Of a DNA stretch of 64,000 bases, positions 20,585 to 33,811 are shown piece after piece (positions within the stretch are counted from its first letter, which is position 1; each line of letters starts with the position of its first letter). Origin of the DNA: Lachnospiraceae bacterium (GTDB lineage: Bacteria; Bacillota; Clostridia; Lachnospirales; Lachnospiraceae); the NCBI GenBank assembly GCA_051877575.1, contig JBJEJA010000052.1, positions 7,061-71,060 of the forward strand. The letters run 5' to 3'. The position numbers and the translations under genes were made by a program. The notes under the pieces are model-generated. The model was not told the DNA's origin, did no database searches, and saw only the letters and a list, made by a program, of their open reading frames with translations.

Positions 20585-21132
20585 TTTCAAAAACCTATGG
20601 AGATGCTCTGTTTGAACTAGCTGTGGAAAAGCATTGCGAAGACAGCATGCTCGCTGAAACAGAAACGGTTTTGAATGCGCTTGCCGATAACCCGGATTTT
20701 TCCAGATTGATGAATCATCCCAAGATCTTAAAAGAAGAAAAATTAAAGATTTTGGAAGAGGTTTTTAAGGGACGTGTTTCGGATGAATTGACAGGCTTTA
20801 TGTCGATTATCGTAAAAAAGGACCGTTTTAATGAAATGGAAGAGATTTTCCGCTATTTCATTTCCAGGGTAAAAGAATATAAGGGAATCGGAGTTGCGTT
20901 TGTTACAACCCCGCTTAGTTTAAATGAGATCCAGAAAGCAACCGTTAAAGAAAGATTGCTGGAGACCACTTCTTACAAGGAGGTGGAAATCCACTATCAG
21001 GTGGATGAAGGACTCATTGGCGGTATGGTAATCCGCATAGGCGACAGAGTTGTGGACAGCAGCGTCCGTACAAAGTTAGAAGAGCTGAAACGGCAGCTTT
21101 TAAAGGTGCGGCTTGACTGTGCCGACCGTTAA
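20572..21132 (+). CDS. atpH: F1Fo ATP synthase subunit delta
   Basis: YGDALFELA...LIGGMVIRIGDRVVDSS. Confidence 0.95.
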   Translation: MAKLISKTYGDALFELAVEKHCEDSMLAETETVLNALADNPDFSRLMNHPKILKEEKLKILEEVFKGRVSDELTGFMSIIVKKDRFNEMEEIFRYFISRVKEYKGIGVAFVTTPLSLNEIQKATVKERLLETTSYKEVEIHYQVDEGLIGGMVIRIGDRVVDSSVRTKLEELKRQLLKVRLDCADR

Positions 21133-21151
21133 TAAAAAGAAAGGTGCGTAA

Positions 21152-22663
<1,512 letters not shown>

Positions 22664-22699
22664 GCGTTAATGAGCAACAGAAAGTAAAGGTGACAGACT

Positions 22700-23554
22700 A
22701 TGGCTTCCATGAGAAGTATTAAGAGACGTAAGGGTAGTATTCAGAGTACCCAGCAGATCACCAAAGCGATGAAGCTTGTTTCAACCGTAAAGCTCCAACG
22801 TGCCAAAGGCCATGCCGAGAAGTCCAAAGCCTATTTTGAATGTATGTATGCAACCGTAAAAAGTATGCTGGCAAGAACCGGTTTTATCGAACATCCTTAT
22901 TTAAAGCCGGGCACCGGCCGTAAAAAAGCGGTAATTGTCATTACCTCCAACAGAGGCCTTGCAGGCGGTTATAACTCCAATGTAATCAAGCTGATCACAA
23001 AAGGAGATTTTCAAAAGGACGAGGTAAAGATTTATGCGATCGGTAGAAAGGGAAAGGAAACCTTTACCCGCTACGGATATGAGGTAGCAGCGGATTACTC
23101 GGATATGATCGAAGAGCCTGCTTATGCGGATGCGATGAGAGTCAGCAAGGATTTACTGGATGCTTTTGCAGACGGAGAAATCGGAGAAATTTATCTGGCT
23201 TATACGGCATTTAAGAATACGGTAAGCCACATCCCGACTTTGTTGAAGCTTCTTCCCGTAGAGGTAAACGATACAGAGGAAGAGGATGATGATAAGGCTT
23301 TGATGAATTTCGAGCAGGATGAGGAAGAAGCATTAAATCTGCTGATTCCGAAATATATTACCAGCCTGATCTACGGCGGCATGGTAGAAGCGGTTGCCAG
23401 TGAAAACGGAGCCAGAATGCAGGCGATGGATTCGGCAACGAGCAATGCGGAAGAAATGATCGACAAATTATCCTTACAATATAATAGAGCCCGTCAGGGA
23501 TCTATTACGCAGGAATTAACCGAAATTATAGCAGGTGCGGAAGCAATCAGCTAG
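22700..23554 (+). CDS. atpG: F1Fo ATP synthase subunit gamma
   Basis: QITKAMKLVS, RGLAGGYN, NRARQGSITQEL. Confidence 0.98.
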   Translation: MASMRSIKRRKGSIQSTQQITKAMKLVSTVKLQRAKGHAEKSKAYFECMYATVKSMLARTGFIEHPYLKPGTGRKKAVIVITSNRGLAGGYNSNVIKLITKGDFQKDEVKIYAIGRKGKETFTRYGYEVAADYSDMIEEPAYADAMRVSKDLLDAFADGEIGEIYLAYTAFKNTVSHIPTLLKLLPVEVNDTEEEDDDKALMNFEQDEEEALNLLIPKYITSLIYGGMVEAVASENGARMQAMDSATSNAEEMIDKLSLQYNRARQGSITQELTEIIAGAEAIS

Positions 23555-24967
<1,413 letters not shown>

Positions 24968-24978
24968 GGGGTGAGCAA

Positions 24979-25383
24979 GTGGCGAGCGAAAATGCATTTG
25001 AATTAAAAATCATTACGCCGGACCGTATATTCTATGAAGGAATGGCGGAAATGGTAGAATTTAATACCACGGAGGGAGAAATCGGCGTTTATAAAAAGCA
25101 TATTCCCATGACTGTGATCATCAGCCCCGGAATCCTGACCATTACCGAGGAAGAAGAAACAAAGGAAGCGGCGCTTCATGCAGGCTTTGCGGAAATTCTT
25201 CCGGACAAGGTTACGATTATGGCAGAGATCATCGAATGGCCCGATGAAATCGATGAAGAAAGGGCTGAGCAGGCCAAAGAGCGTGCCATGGACCGTCTTC
25301 AGCACAGAACATCGGAAACCGATGTGGCAAGAGCCGAAACTGCTCTCCAGCGTGCGATTGCACGTATTGAAGTAATAAAATAA
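24979..25383 (+). CDS. atpC: F1Fo ATP synthase subunit epsilon
   Basis: LKIITPDR...GEIGV...GFAEI; last gene of the atp operon. Confidence 0.95.
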   Translation: MASENAFELKIITPDRIFYEGMAEMVEFNTTEGEIGVYKKHIPMTVIISPGILTITEEEETKEAALHAGFAEILPDKVTIMAEIIEWPDEIDEERAEQAKERAMDRLQHRTSETDVARAETALQRAIARIEVIK

Positions 25384-25393
25384 AATCAAAAGC

Positions 25394-25426
25394 GGGGATG
25401 TGTCGACGGCATCCCCCTTTTTATTT
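25394..25426 (+). terminator. atp operon terminator
   Basis: ggggatg...catcccc followed by a T-tract. Confidence 0.8.
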
Positions 25427-25469
25427 CCGCTGATTGGCGGGTTACTGATATACGAAGGGAGGAAAGGGC

Positions 25470-25874
25470 ATGAATGTCATATCGCTTTTAATGCCAAAAA
25501 CACAGGTCGCATATTTGTGTGAAGATGATTCCATCCGGCAGGGCTTGGAAAAGATGCGGAATCACGGATATACGGCAATTCCCGTATTGTCAAAGGACGG
25601 GCATTACCGGGGGACTGTCAGCGAAGGTGATTTTTTATGGCATATTCTGGACAAACAGAACAACAGCCTGAAAGAACAGGAAACGATGTCCATTAAAGAA
25701 GTATTGCGGGAGAACTTTAATCCGGCGGTAAAGATCGGCGTTACCATGAAAGAATTATTGGAAAGGGCGATGCAGCAGAACTTTGTGCCTGTGGTGGATG
25801 ACAGAGAATTTTTTATCGGAATTGTAACCAGACAGAGCATTATCAGAAACTTAACGACGATGAGAGCTGATTGA
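25470..25874 (+). CDS. Tandem CBS-domain protein (DarB/CbpB-like)
   Basis: GYTAIPVL...G-x-V-S-E-G-D...NFVPVVDD...FIGIVTR. Confidence 0.75.
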   Translation: MNVISLLMPKTQVAYLCEDDSIRQGLEKMRNHGYTAIPVLSKDGHYRGTVSEGDFLWHILDKQNNSLKEQETMSIKEVLRENFNPAVKIGVTMKELLERAMQQNFVPVVDDREFFIGIVTRQSIIRNLTTMRAD

Positions 25875-25951
25875 TCCGAAAATTGTGCAGAAGAAAGGAA
25901 CGATCTCTTTTAAATGTACATAACATAATAAAAAACGGAGTCGTTTCATTT

Positions 25952-26341
25952 ATGGACAATCGAAAAATTCTTCCGTTCTATATGACCTATCCGCTTCCGC
26001 TGTACTATGAAGACGAGCACGAAATGATTAAGGACATGGAATATCTTCAGGGGCAGCATCCTGTAGAAATCAGAACCCTGCAAAGGGAAATCGCACAGAT
26101 CATCAATGTGATGGATTACAGCGGCAGCATGATTTATGATGAGTATCCCGATCGCTTTTTGTTACAAAAATATGGAAAGGATATCGCAGATAAAATCCGA
26201 AAAAAATATAAGGATGATGTGGAAAGTTCCGTGCATAAAATGCTTGATTGGGATGGGTTTGAAGAGATTATCATGCTGTTACTGCATGAAGAAATTTTAA
26301 AAAGGCGTCATCGGAGAAACAGAGGTTATCTGAGATTCTGA
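25952..26341 (+). CDS. Hypothetical protein
   Basis: GGAG RBS before ATG 25952; GSMIYDEYPD motif; basic C-terminus. Confidence 0.7.
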   Translation: MDNRKILPFYMTYPLPLYYEDEHEMIKDMEYLQGQHPVEIRTLQREIAQIINVMDYSGSMIYDEYPDRFLLQKYGKDIADKIRKKYKDDVESSVHKMLDWDGFEEIIMLLLHEEILKRRHRRNRGYLRF

Positions 26342-26492
26342 AATATCGCCGGGTGTATATTGTTTTTCAGAACAGACTGTGGAAAATGAGAAACCATGTA
26401 CATCCGGCGCTTTCTATGTGCGGCGGAGACTGTTCAGAGAAATTTTAGTTGTGGTTTTTCCTGAAAGGAATTAGAATATAATCATACTTGGT

Positions 26493-27698
26493 ATGCAAGT
26501 AAAAACGGACAGCACCGCAAAGGATTTGCAAATGGATAAATTAGAAGCACTTCTTTTACAAATATTAAACGAGGATCTGGTACAGATTGTCATCAGCGGA
26601 CCAAAGAAAAATGATGCTTCCAATCCGGAGAATTTTATCAGAAAAATACAGATTCGTCCCGTCGTGTTAAAACGACAGCTGATGTTTCAGGCAGCAGCTT
26701 ACACGGAAAAGCAGGTGTTTCATGAGAATCTTTCCAAAGAGAGAACCGTGGAATATGTAAAGCATGCGATGGAGGATTTTAAGCAGCTCCAGGCATATGG
26801 GGATGGGATAAATGTAAGTGTATTATCGGGGAAAAAAGGGAATCTGTCCATGAAAAGCCGAATTTCATCTCCGCAGGAAAAGGAGCGGAAGCTGCTTACG
26901 CATGATCGGGAAAAGGAATATATCCTGCCCAAGGATGTACCGGTACCTTTTTTGATAGATCTGGGCGTTCAGACGCAGGAAGGGAAAATCATTGCCGGTA
27001 AATATGATAAATTTCGTCAGATCAACCGCTTTCTGGAATTTATCAGGGATATTCTGCCCGAACTGCCAAAGGACAGGCAGATTTCCATTTTGGATTTCGG
27101 ATGTGGAAAAAGCTATCTGACTTTTGCAATGTACTATTATCTGAAAATCATGAATGGGCTGGATGTTGATATCATTGGCTTGGATCTAAAAGAAGGGGTT
27201 ATAGAAAAATGTAATCGTCTGAAGGAAAGCTATGGGTATGATCAATTACATTTTCTGGTGGGAGATATCAGCCGATATGAAGGAAAAACACAGGTAGATA
27301 TGGTTGTAACACTGCATGCCTGTGACACGGCAACGGACTACGCTCTGGCGAAGGCCGTAAAGTGGGATGCACAGGTAATCTTGTCCGTTCCATGCTGCCA
27401 TCACGAATTAAACAGACAGATATTACAGGAATTGTTAATGCCGGTATTGAAATACGGACTTTTAAAGGAACGGATATCCGCTCTGTTGACAGACGGAATC
27501 AGGGCAGCGCTGCTGGAGGAAGCCGGATATGATGTGCAGGTGTTGGAGTTTATTGATATGGAGCATACTCCGAAAAATATTTTATTGCGCTGCGTAAAAA
27601 ATAAACATATGCGGGCAAAGAAAAGTGATTGTTTAGAAGAAATGTTGCAATTTCTGAACGGAGAGCCGATGTTGCAGAAATTATTAAAGGAACCGTAG
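26493..27698 (+). CDS. SAM-dependent methyltransferase
   Basis: ILDFGCGKSYL, LHACDTATD, VPCC. Confidence 0.85.
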   Translation: MQVKTDSTAKDLQMDKLEALLLQILNEDLVQIVISGPKKNDASNPENFIRKIQIRPVVLKRQLMFQAAAYTEKQVFHENLSKERTVEYVKHAMEDFKQLQAYGDGINVSVLSGKKGNLSMKSRISSPQEKERKLLTHDREKEYILPKDVPVPFLIDLGVQTQEGKIIAGKYDKFRQINRFLEFIRDILPELPKDRQISILDFGCGKSYLTFAMYYYLKIMNGLDVDIIGLDLKEGVIEKCNRLKESYGYDQLHFLVGDISRYEGKTQVDMVVTLHACDTATDYALAKAVKWDAQVILSVPCCHHELNRQILQELLMPVLKYGLLKERISALLTDGIRAALLEEAGYDVQVLEFIDMEHTPKNILLRCVKNKHMRAKKSDCLEEMLQFLNGEPMLQKLLKEP

Positions 27699-27735
27699 AC
27701 AGAATAAGCCAATTGTAAAATATGAAGAGGAAGTT

Positions 27736-30267
27736 ATGAAAAAGGGATTGATAAAAGGGATCGTCTGTTTTGTAACATTTATGGTATCGCTTTTTGCAAT
27801 CAGTGCCATAATGAACAGGGGAAATACGGATATTACCATGGAAATGAGCGCAGCTTCTTATCCGTTGGTTTACATTAATTATGAAGGACAGCATATTAAC
27901 TGTCTGCACGGATACAGCAATGAGATGGATATATCCTTTATGCGGGATACGATTACACCTTTGGGAGAGGACCGGAAAATATCGTTATATATTGATAAAA
28001 TGAACAGTGATATTGCTTCTTTATCTTTTGAAGTGCGTTCGACGGACGGCGAGCGTCTGATCGAAAATTCCGAGATTTTTAATTACAAGGAAAAGAATGC
28101 GGGAATTTCCGCAGATGTAGTCATCAAGGATCTGATAGAGAAGGATACGGAATACGAATTTATTGTATTGATAGAAACGGCGGCTGGAAAGACGATCCGA
28201 TATTATACGCGTATCATACAGAGAAGCGAGAATCATGCGGGAGAAGAAATCCGGTTTGTGCAGGATTTTCACAATAAAACGTTTGATAAAGAGGCGGCCA
28301 GAGATTTGACAAAATATCTGGAGACCGACGAGACCGGAGATAATACTTCTTACAGTTATGTGAATATTCATAGCAGCTTTTCCCAGCTGACATGGGGGAA
28401 TCTGAAGGTGGAAAAAATTACGGAGCCACAGCTCTTCGTGACAGAATTTTTTTCACAGACCATGCGTGTGAAAATGACTTATTATGTGATGATAACGACT
28501 GAAGATGGGCAAAGAAAATGCCGTGTGGAGGAATTTTACAGATTGCGCTACGGAACCCAGAGAATTTATCTGCTGGATTTCGAAAGGACCATGAATGAAG
28601 TATTCGAAATGGATATTGAGGCATTTAATAAAAACAAGCTGGATTTGGGAATCCGGGATGCAGATGTGGAGATCATGGAGAGTGAAGACGGCGGCATTTT
28701 TGCTTTTATATCGGAAAACAGGCTTTTCTGCTACAATTCCACCAATAATCGGTTTGCACTGCTTTTTGGTTTCTATGGAAAAGATAACGAAGATGAAAGA
28801 ACTTATTATGATCAGAATGATATTCGTATCCTGAATGTGGATGAGACCGGAAATGTGCAGTTTATGGTATATGGCTATATGAACAGAGGCACACATGAGG
28901 GAAATATGGGGATTGTGGTATATTTTTATAACAGTGTGCTGAATACCATAGAGGAAGAGGTTTTTATTCCGTATGATAAGTCCTATGCGGTTCTTGCCAG
29001 TGATTTGGAGCAATTGACATATTTAAACAGCAGCAATGAATTGTTTTTGTATTTAGGCGGCAGCATTTTTTGCATTAAATTGGAAGAGAACAGCTATGAG
29101 ACGGTAGTGGAAAATCTGCCTCAGGGCAGCCTGAAAGTGTCCCGGTCCAACCGAATGGCAGTATGGCCGGAAGGAGAGGATCTGAACAGAAGTACAAGCC
29201 TTGCACTTATGAATTTAAACAGCCGCAGCATTTCCAAAGTAGAAGCGGGGAACGGCAATTATATCAAACCGCTTGGTTTTATGGAAGAGGATCTGATTTA
29301 CGGACTGATAAGAGCTTCGGATATTTATACGGATAATGCCGGAAGCGTTTTAATGCCGATGTTCCGTGTCAGCATTTGCAGCGGTGCAGATAACAGTATT
29401 ACGATGAATTATGAAAAACATGGTGTCTATGTGACGGATATCAGTATTGAGAATAACCAGATCAATCTGCAGAGGGTCAGCAGGGATAATACCGGGCAGG
29501 CTTATACTTCCGTTGCATCGGACCAGATTATGAGTACGGAAACCGGACTGCAGGGAGAAAATGCTGTTGAAGTAGTGGTAACAGAAGCATTGGAAAAAAT
29601 CGTACAGATTGCAGCCAAAGGAACGGTTGAAACAAAATCCCTGAAATTTTTAACGCCTAAAGAGGTTATGTATGAGGGCGGGCATGAGATGATACTGAAT
29701 CGCCCGGAACAGACGGAGAGCAAATATTTTGTCTATGGGGCAGACGGAATCAGCGGTGTGTATTCCAATGCTTCGGAAGCTGTGGGTGCCGCAGAAAAAA
29801 CGGCCGGAACGGTTATCAATGAAGCGGGGGATTATGTCTGGGTAAAGGGAAACCGTGCCGTTCGAAATCAGATCATGAAGATAGAGGGGACTGCCGCGGA
29901 TGAAGAGAATTCCTCTCTGGCGGTGTGCCTCAATACGATGCTGGGAGCGGAAGGAATTACCCGTAACAGCCAGTATATGCTGGATCAGGGACAATCCGCA
30001 CTTTCCATTTTGGAAGAACAGATGCCGGAGGCGGAAATACTGGATCTCGGAGGGTGCAGTCTGGATGCCGTGCTTTACTATGTCGACAGAGATATTCCGG
30101 TCATGGCGATTTTGCAGGACAAAAGTGCAGTATTGATTATCGGTTTTAATGAATTAAATACGGTTATTATGGATCCCGCAACGGGAACAATTTACAAAAA
30201 AGGCATGAACGATTCTACGGAGTGGTTTAACGCGAACGGAAATCAGTTCATTACCTATATCCGTTAA
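27736..30267 (+). CDS. Large membrane-anchored hypothetical protein (843 aa)
   Basis: Long ORF; N-terminal TM; beta-rich body. Confidence 0.85.
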   Translation: MKKGLIKGIVCFVTFMVSLFAISAIMNRGNTDITMEMSAASYPLVYINYEGQHINCLHGYSNEMDISFMRDTITPLGEDRKISLYIDKMNSDIASLSFEVRSTDGERLIENSEIFNYKEKNAGISADVVIKDLIEKDTEYEFIVLIETAAGKTIRYYTRIIQRSENHAGEEIRFVQDFHNKTFDKEAARDLTKYLETDETGDNTSYSYVNIHSSFSQLTWGNLKVEKITEPQLFVTEFFSQTMRVKMTYYVMITTEDGQRKCRVEEFYRLRYGTQRIYLLDFERTMNEVFEMDIEAFNKNKLDLGIRDADVEIMESEDGGIFAFISENRLFCYNSTNNRFALLFGFYGKDNEDERTYYDQNDIRILNVDETGNVQFMVYGYMNRGTHEGNMGIVVYFYNSVLNTIEEEVFIPYDKSYAVLASDLEQLTYLNSSNELFLYLGGSIFCIKLEENSYETVVENLPQGSLKVSRSNRMAVWPEGEDLNRSTSLALMNLNSRSISKVEAGNGNYIKPLGFMEEDLIYGLIRASDIYTDNAGSVLMPMFRVSICSGADNSITMNYEKHGVYVTDISIENNQINLQRVSRDNTGQAYTSVASDQIMSTETGLQGENAVEVVVTEALEKIVQIAAKGTVETKSLKFLTPKEVMYEGGHEMILNRPEQTESKYFVYGADGISGVYSNASEAVGAAEKTAGTVINEAGDYVWVKGNRAVRNQIMKIEGTAADEENSSLAVCLNTMLGAEGITRNSQYMLDQGQSALSILEEQMPEAEILDLGGCSLDAVLYYVDRDIPVMAILQDKSAVLIIGFNELNTVIMDPATGTIYKKGMNDSTEWFNANGNQFITYIR

Positions 30268-30286
30268 AATCAGTAAACATGAATAA

Positions 30287-30329
30287 CTGCCGGCGGTTGC
30301 AGAGTTGAAATCTGTAGCTGCCGGCAGCT
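30287..30329. terminator. Hairpin between convergent genes
   Basis: ctgccggc...gccggcag long stem. Confidence 0.65.
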
Positions 30330-30359
30330 TGTTTTCGGACCTTTTTTGGATGATATTAC

Positions 30360-30848
30360 TTAGTTTCGGAAAAGAACGCGACGGTATCTTTGTAACAGAA
30401 ATAAAAGAAACATGCCAAGGACACCGCAGGAAATGACTTCTCCGGCACCGACAGTCAGCATAAAGAACGGAATGCTGCCCGGAATGCCATATGCATAATA
30501 TAATACAAAAGGAATAATAATCGTATTTGCCAAAACGGGAGGAAGAGGAGCCAGCCACTTCCATTTACGAAGAGCATAAGTCCCTAAGGCACCCAGAAGA
30601 GTTGCCAGACTACCGAAAATGACATCCCAGATGGGAGCGCCTGTGATAAAATTGCTAAGCAGGCATCCGATAAAGAGACCGGGAACGGCAGCAGGTGTAA
30701 AAAAAGGAAGGATGGTAAGTGCCTCGGAAATACGGACCTGAATGGCACCGCTTGCCAGATTGAACGCGTTAATGGCAAGTGTGAGTACCACATAGATGGC
30801 AGCGATAACCGCCGCTTGGGTGATAAAGTAAGCTTTTTTGTTTTTCAT
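30360..30848 (-). CDS. queT: QueT-family queuosine precursor transporter (ECF S component)
   Basis: AAIYVVLT...GAIQVRISEALTILP...GLFIGC...DVIFGSLAT; preQ1-like leader upstream. Confidence 0.88.
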   Translation of the reverse strand: MKNKKAYFITQAAVIAAIYVVLTLAINAFNLASGAIQVRISEALTILPFFTPAAVPGLFIGCLLSNFITGAPIWDVIFGSLATLLGALGTYALRKWKWLAPLPPVLANTIIIPFVLYYAYGIPGSIPFFMLTVGAGEVISCGVLGMFLLFLLQRYRRVLFRN

Positions 30849-30856
30849 TTTGTTTT

Positions 30857-30927
30857 CTCCTTTAGTTTTGATTTACAGTCTGTGGGCTTTTGCTTCAGAC
30901 TGAGGTCAGGAAGGTCTCGAACTGACC
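30857..30927 (-). ncRNA. preQ1-I-like riboswitch with an extra hairpin
   Basis: Minus strand GGUCAG-UUCGAGACCUUC-CUGACC (P1/loop), then an inserted stem, then UAAAUCAAAACUAAAGGAG overlapping the queT RBS. Confidence 0.7.
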
Positions 30928-31150
30928 GGTTTGTTGCAAGAAATCTGTTTTATCAATAATCTGTTGATTCGCAACGAGGCTAGTGTAGCACAGGAAAAGG
31001 AAAAAAGCAATTTAAAAAACAGAAAAATGTCAATAACTGCTGTCAGAAACAGATTAAATCTTTATAAAACCCGTAGCAAACCGATTGACTTTTTGTACTC
31101 CATATTTTACCATGAACATAACATGAAGTTTGCAAATGGAGGGAATTACA

Positions 31151-31561
31151 ATGGATTTTTTGAGTAAAGTATCTGCAAAGGCAGGGGAAACATTTCAGAC
31201 AATAAAAGACAGCGAAGTAACCAAAAAGGCAAAAAACTACGCAGAGATTCCCGGACTGCAGATGCAGGTGGGAAAATGTGAGAGTCTGATCAAGAAGGCT
31301 TATGAAGAAATCGGTGAGGCATATTTCAATGCCCATGAGCATGAAGAAGACGGTGAGTATGCGGAACAGTTCAAGGTCATCAAAGAAAATAAAGAAAAAA
31401 TCGGTCAGTTAAAATCCGAAATTGAGGATAAGAAAAAAGGTGATGATAATACAACCGATGCAAAAGACGGCTCCGTTTCTATCGAAAAGGTTTGCCCGAT
31501 TTGCGGAAGAAGCGTTCCCGATGATTCGGCATTCTGCAGTGTCTGCGGACACCAATTCTAA
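31151..31561 (+). CDS. Coiled-coil protein with C-terminal zinc ribbon
   Basis: CPICG...FCSVCG; GGAGG RBS. Confidence 0.8.
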   Translation: MDFLSKVSAKAGETFQTIKDSEVTKKAKNYAEIPGLQMQVGKCESLIKKAYEEIGEAYFNAHEHEEDGEYAEQFKVIKENKEKIGQLKSEIEDKKKGDDNTTDAKDGSVSIEKVCPICGRSVPDDSAFCSVCGHQF

Positions 31562-31574
31562 ATGAACGATAAAT

Positions 31575-31606
31575 AAAAAAGGGGCTGTAAAAACAGCCCC
31601 TCTTTT
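31575..31606. terminator. Bidirectional terminator
   Basis: aaaaaaggggctgt-aaaa-acagcccctctttt. Confidence 0.8.
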
Positions 31607-31611
31607 GTTGA

Positions 31612-32796
31612 TTACACTTCTCCGTTTTTATATCTTGCCAGCAGGTTTTGGATCCTGTCGCTTGGATTCAGCAGATCGCTGATGGAAGCATCATGATTCA
31701 GAGTATCGATGATGTAGGCGATATATTTGCTCATATCACAATTGATATAGTAAGGTCTTTCCAAAAGCTCGGGTGTCTGGTAGATCAGGTTTGTGGTCAG
31801 GATTTCATCAATAATTCCTTCTTCATAGGCCTGATCAAATTTAGCAAGTCCGTTTGTAAACAAACCGAAGGTTGCACAGATGAAAATGCGGTTTGCCTTT
31901 CTCTTCTTTAATGCTGCGGCAACTTCCAATACACTTTCTCCGGAAGAGATCATATCGTCTACCACAATGATATCCTTACCCTCTACGCTTGCACCAAGGA
32001 ATTCGTGGGCAACGATCGGATTGCGTCCGTCTACAATCTGTGTATAGTCCCGACGTTTATAGAACATACCCATATCCAGACCAAGTACATTGGCGATATA
32101 GATAGCACGGCTCATACCGCCTTCATCGGGACTGACTACCATCATATGATCGGAATCAATTGTCAGATCTTTTACATGGGAAAGCAGTCCTTTGATGAAC
32201 TGATAAGCCGGCTGAACGGTTTCGAAACCGTTTAACGGAATTGCGTTCTGTACCCGGGCATCATGTGCGTCAAAGGTAATAATGTTGTCCACTCCCATGC
32301 TGACAAGCTCCTGAAGTGCGATTGCACAATCCAGAGACTCACGGGAACTTCTTTTATGTTGTCTGCTCTCATAAAGAAAAGGCATGATAACGGTAATGCG
32401 TCTTGCTTTTCCGCCTACAGCGGCAATGATACGCTTCAGATCCTGATAATGATCATCGGGAGACATATGATTAGGATGTCCGCATAAGGAATATGTTAAA
32501 GAATAATTTGCTACGTCGACCAGCAGATAAAGGTCGGTACCTCTTACAGATTCTAAAATGACGCCTTTGGCTTCGCCGGAACCGAAACGGGGTACTTTGG
32601 TCTGGATCAGATAGGAATCGCGTTGATAGCCTTTGAATGCAAGGCTGTCACTATGTGCGTTTTCACGCTCCGTTCTCCAGTCGACCAGATAGTTGTTTAC
32701 TTTTTCTCCCAAAGCTTTGCAGCCTTCCAGAGAGATGATTCCCAAAGAGCCTACGGGAATGGTTTCCAGGTTTCTCATTTCTTCACGTTTGGACAT
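31612..32796 (-). CDS. prs: Ribose-phosphate pyrophosphokinase (long clostridial form)
   Basis: RFGSGE, PFLYESRQHK, VSPDEGG, VVDDMISSGES. Confidence 0.93.
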   Translation of the reverse strand: MSKREEMRNLETIPVGSLGIISLEGCKALGEKVNNYLVDWRTERENAHSDSLAFKGYQRDSYLIQTKVPRFGSGEAKGVILESVRGTDLYLLVDVANYSLTYSLCGHPNHMSPDDHYQDLKRIIAAVGGKARRITVIMPFLYESRQHKRSSRESLDCAIALQELVSMGVDNIITFDAHDARVQNAIPLNGFETVQPAYQFIKGLLSHVKDLTIDSDHMMVVSPDEGGMSRAIYIANVLGLDMGMFYKRRDYTQIVDGRNPIVAHEFLGASVEGKDIIVVDDMISSGESVLEVAAALKKRKANRIFICATFGLFTNGLAKFDQAYEEGIIDEILTTNLIYQTPELLERPYYINCDMSKYIAYIIDTLNHDASISDLLNPSDRIQNLLARYKNGEV

Positions 32797-32808
32797 GATG
32801 AAAGATCC

Positions 32809-33783
32809 TCACTTTCTCTTATCTTGAAATTTCTTTAGCATTCGAATATCTCGTCCCTCAAATTTACAAAAAGTGAAATGACTGCTGACACGGGAAAAAA
32901 TTCTTTCCGAATAGCGTCTGCTCAGTTCATCTAAAGTCAGGTTCGTAGAAATCAAGGTGGCTTTCTTTAGTAAATCCCGGTTGTTCAGGCAGGTAAATAA
33001 GTCTGCCTTTACCCTTTCGCTGATGGCTTCCGTGCCCAGATCGTCTATAATGAGCAGGTCGCATTGATTGATATCTTCCAGAAAAGAAAAATAGGCATCC
33101 TTATCATCCTGGAAACGGAAATCCACAAGGTCTTTAAATAATTTATCGGCGCTGTAATAGGTTACCGAATATCCCTGTTCCATCAATTCTTTGGCTATGC
33201 AACAGGATAGAAAAGTTTTACCAGTACCAACATTACCATAAAATACGAGATTTTGGTAGTCCGAGTTGAAATTTCCTGTAAACTTTTTGCTGATGTTCAA
33301 CGCATTGGCATAAGAAGCTGCTTCCGCTTCGTTAAAGTAGTCAAAGGAAAGTGTATCAAAATTCTGGACCGAGATCAGATCAAAAATCCCGGATTGCTCA
33401 AATAAAAGCCTTGTCTGGGCTTCTATGAAACAGGTACACTTAGTGCGGCTTTGGGGAAGAAAACCGGTATCATGACATTTGGGACATGTATAGATGGGGG
33501 CAAGATAATCTTTCGGATAGCCCGCATCCGTTAAAATCCGGTCTCTTTTATCAACCAGCAGATCTTCCTGCGTTTTGATGACGGATAAGGCATCCGTATC
33601 TTTGTCCAGATTGGCCTGCATCCGTTTCATTCTCAGGTTGCGGAGTTCGTCCTCGGTATCAAAATAGGAGGGAAGCTTTTGGCGGACCTCCTCGGTGCGT
33701 GCAATCTGGATCCGGTGATTCTCCAAACGTATATTATCGTATTTCTCCATAATGGAATCAAACTGTCTGTTGCTTAAACCCAT
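32809..33783 (-). CDS. DnaC/DnaI-like helicase loader ATPase
   Basis: CPKCHDTG...CTC zinc site; GNVGTGKT; LLIIDDLG; STNL. Confidence 0.88.
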   Translation of the reverse strand: MGLSNRQFDSIMEKYDNIRLENHRIQIARTEEVRQKLPSYFDTEDELRNLRMKRMQANLDKDTDALSVIKTQEDLLVDKRDRILTDAGYPKDYLAPIYTCPKCHDTGFLPQSRTKCTCFIEAQTRLLFEQSGIFDLISVQNFDTLSFDYFNEAEAASYANALNISKKFTGNFNSDYQNLVFYGNVGTGKTFLSCCIAKELMEQGYSVTYYSADKLFKDLVDFRFQDDKDAYFSFLEDINQCDLLIIDDLGTEAISERVKADLFTCLNNRDLLKKATLISTNLTLDELSRRYSERIFSRVSSHFTFCKFEGRDIRMLKKFQDKRK

Positions 33784-33811
33784 AAACTGTACCTCATTCA
33801 AACATGAAATG

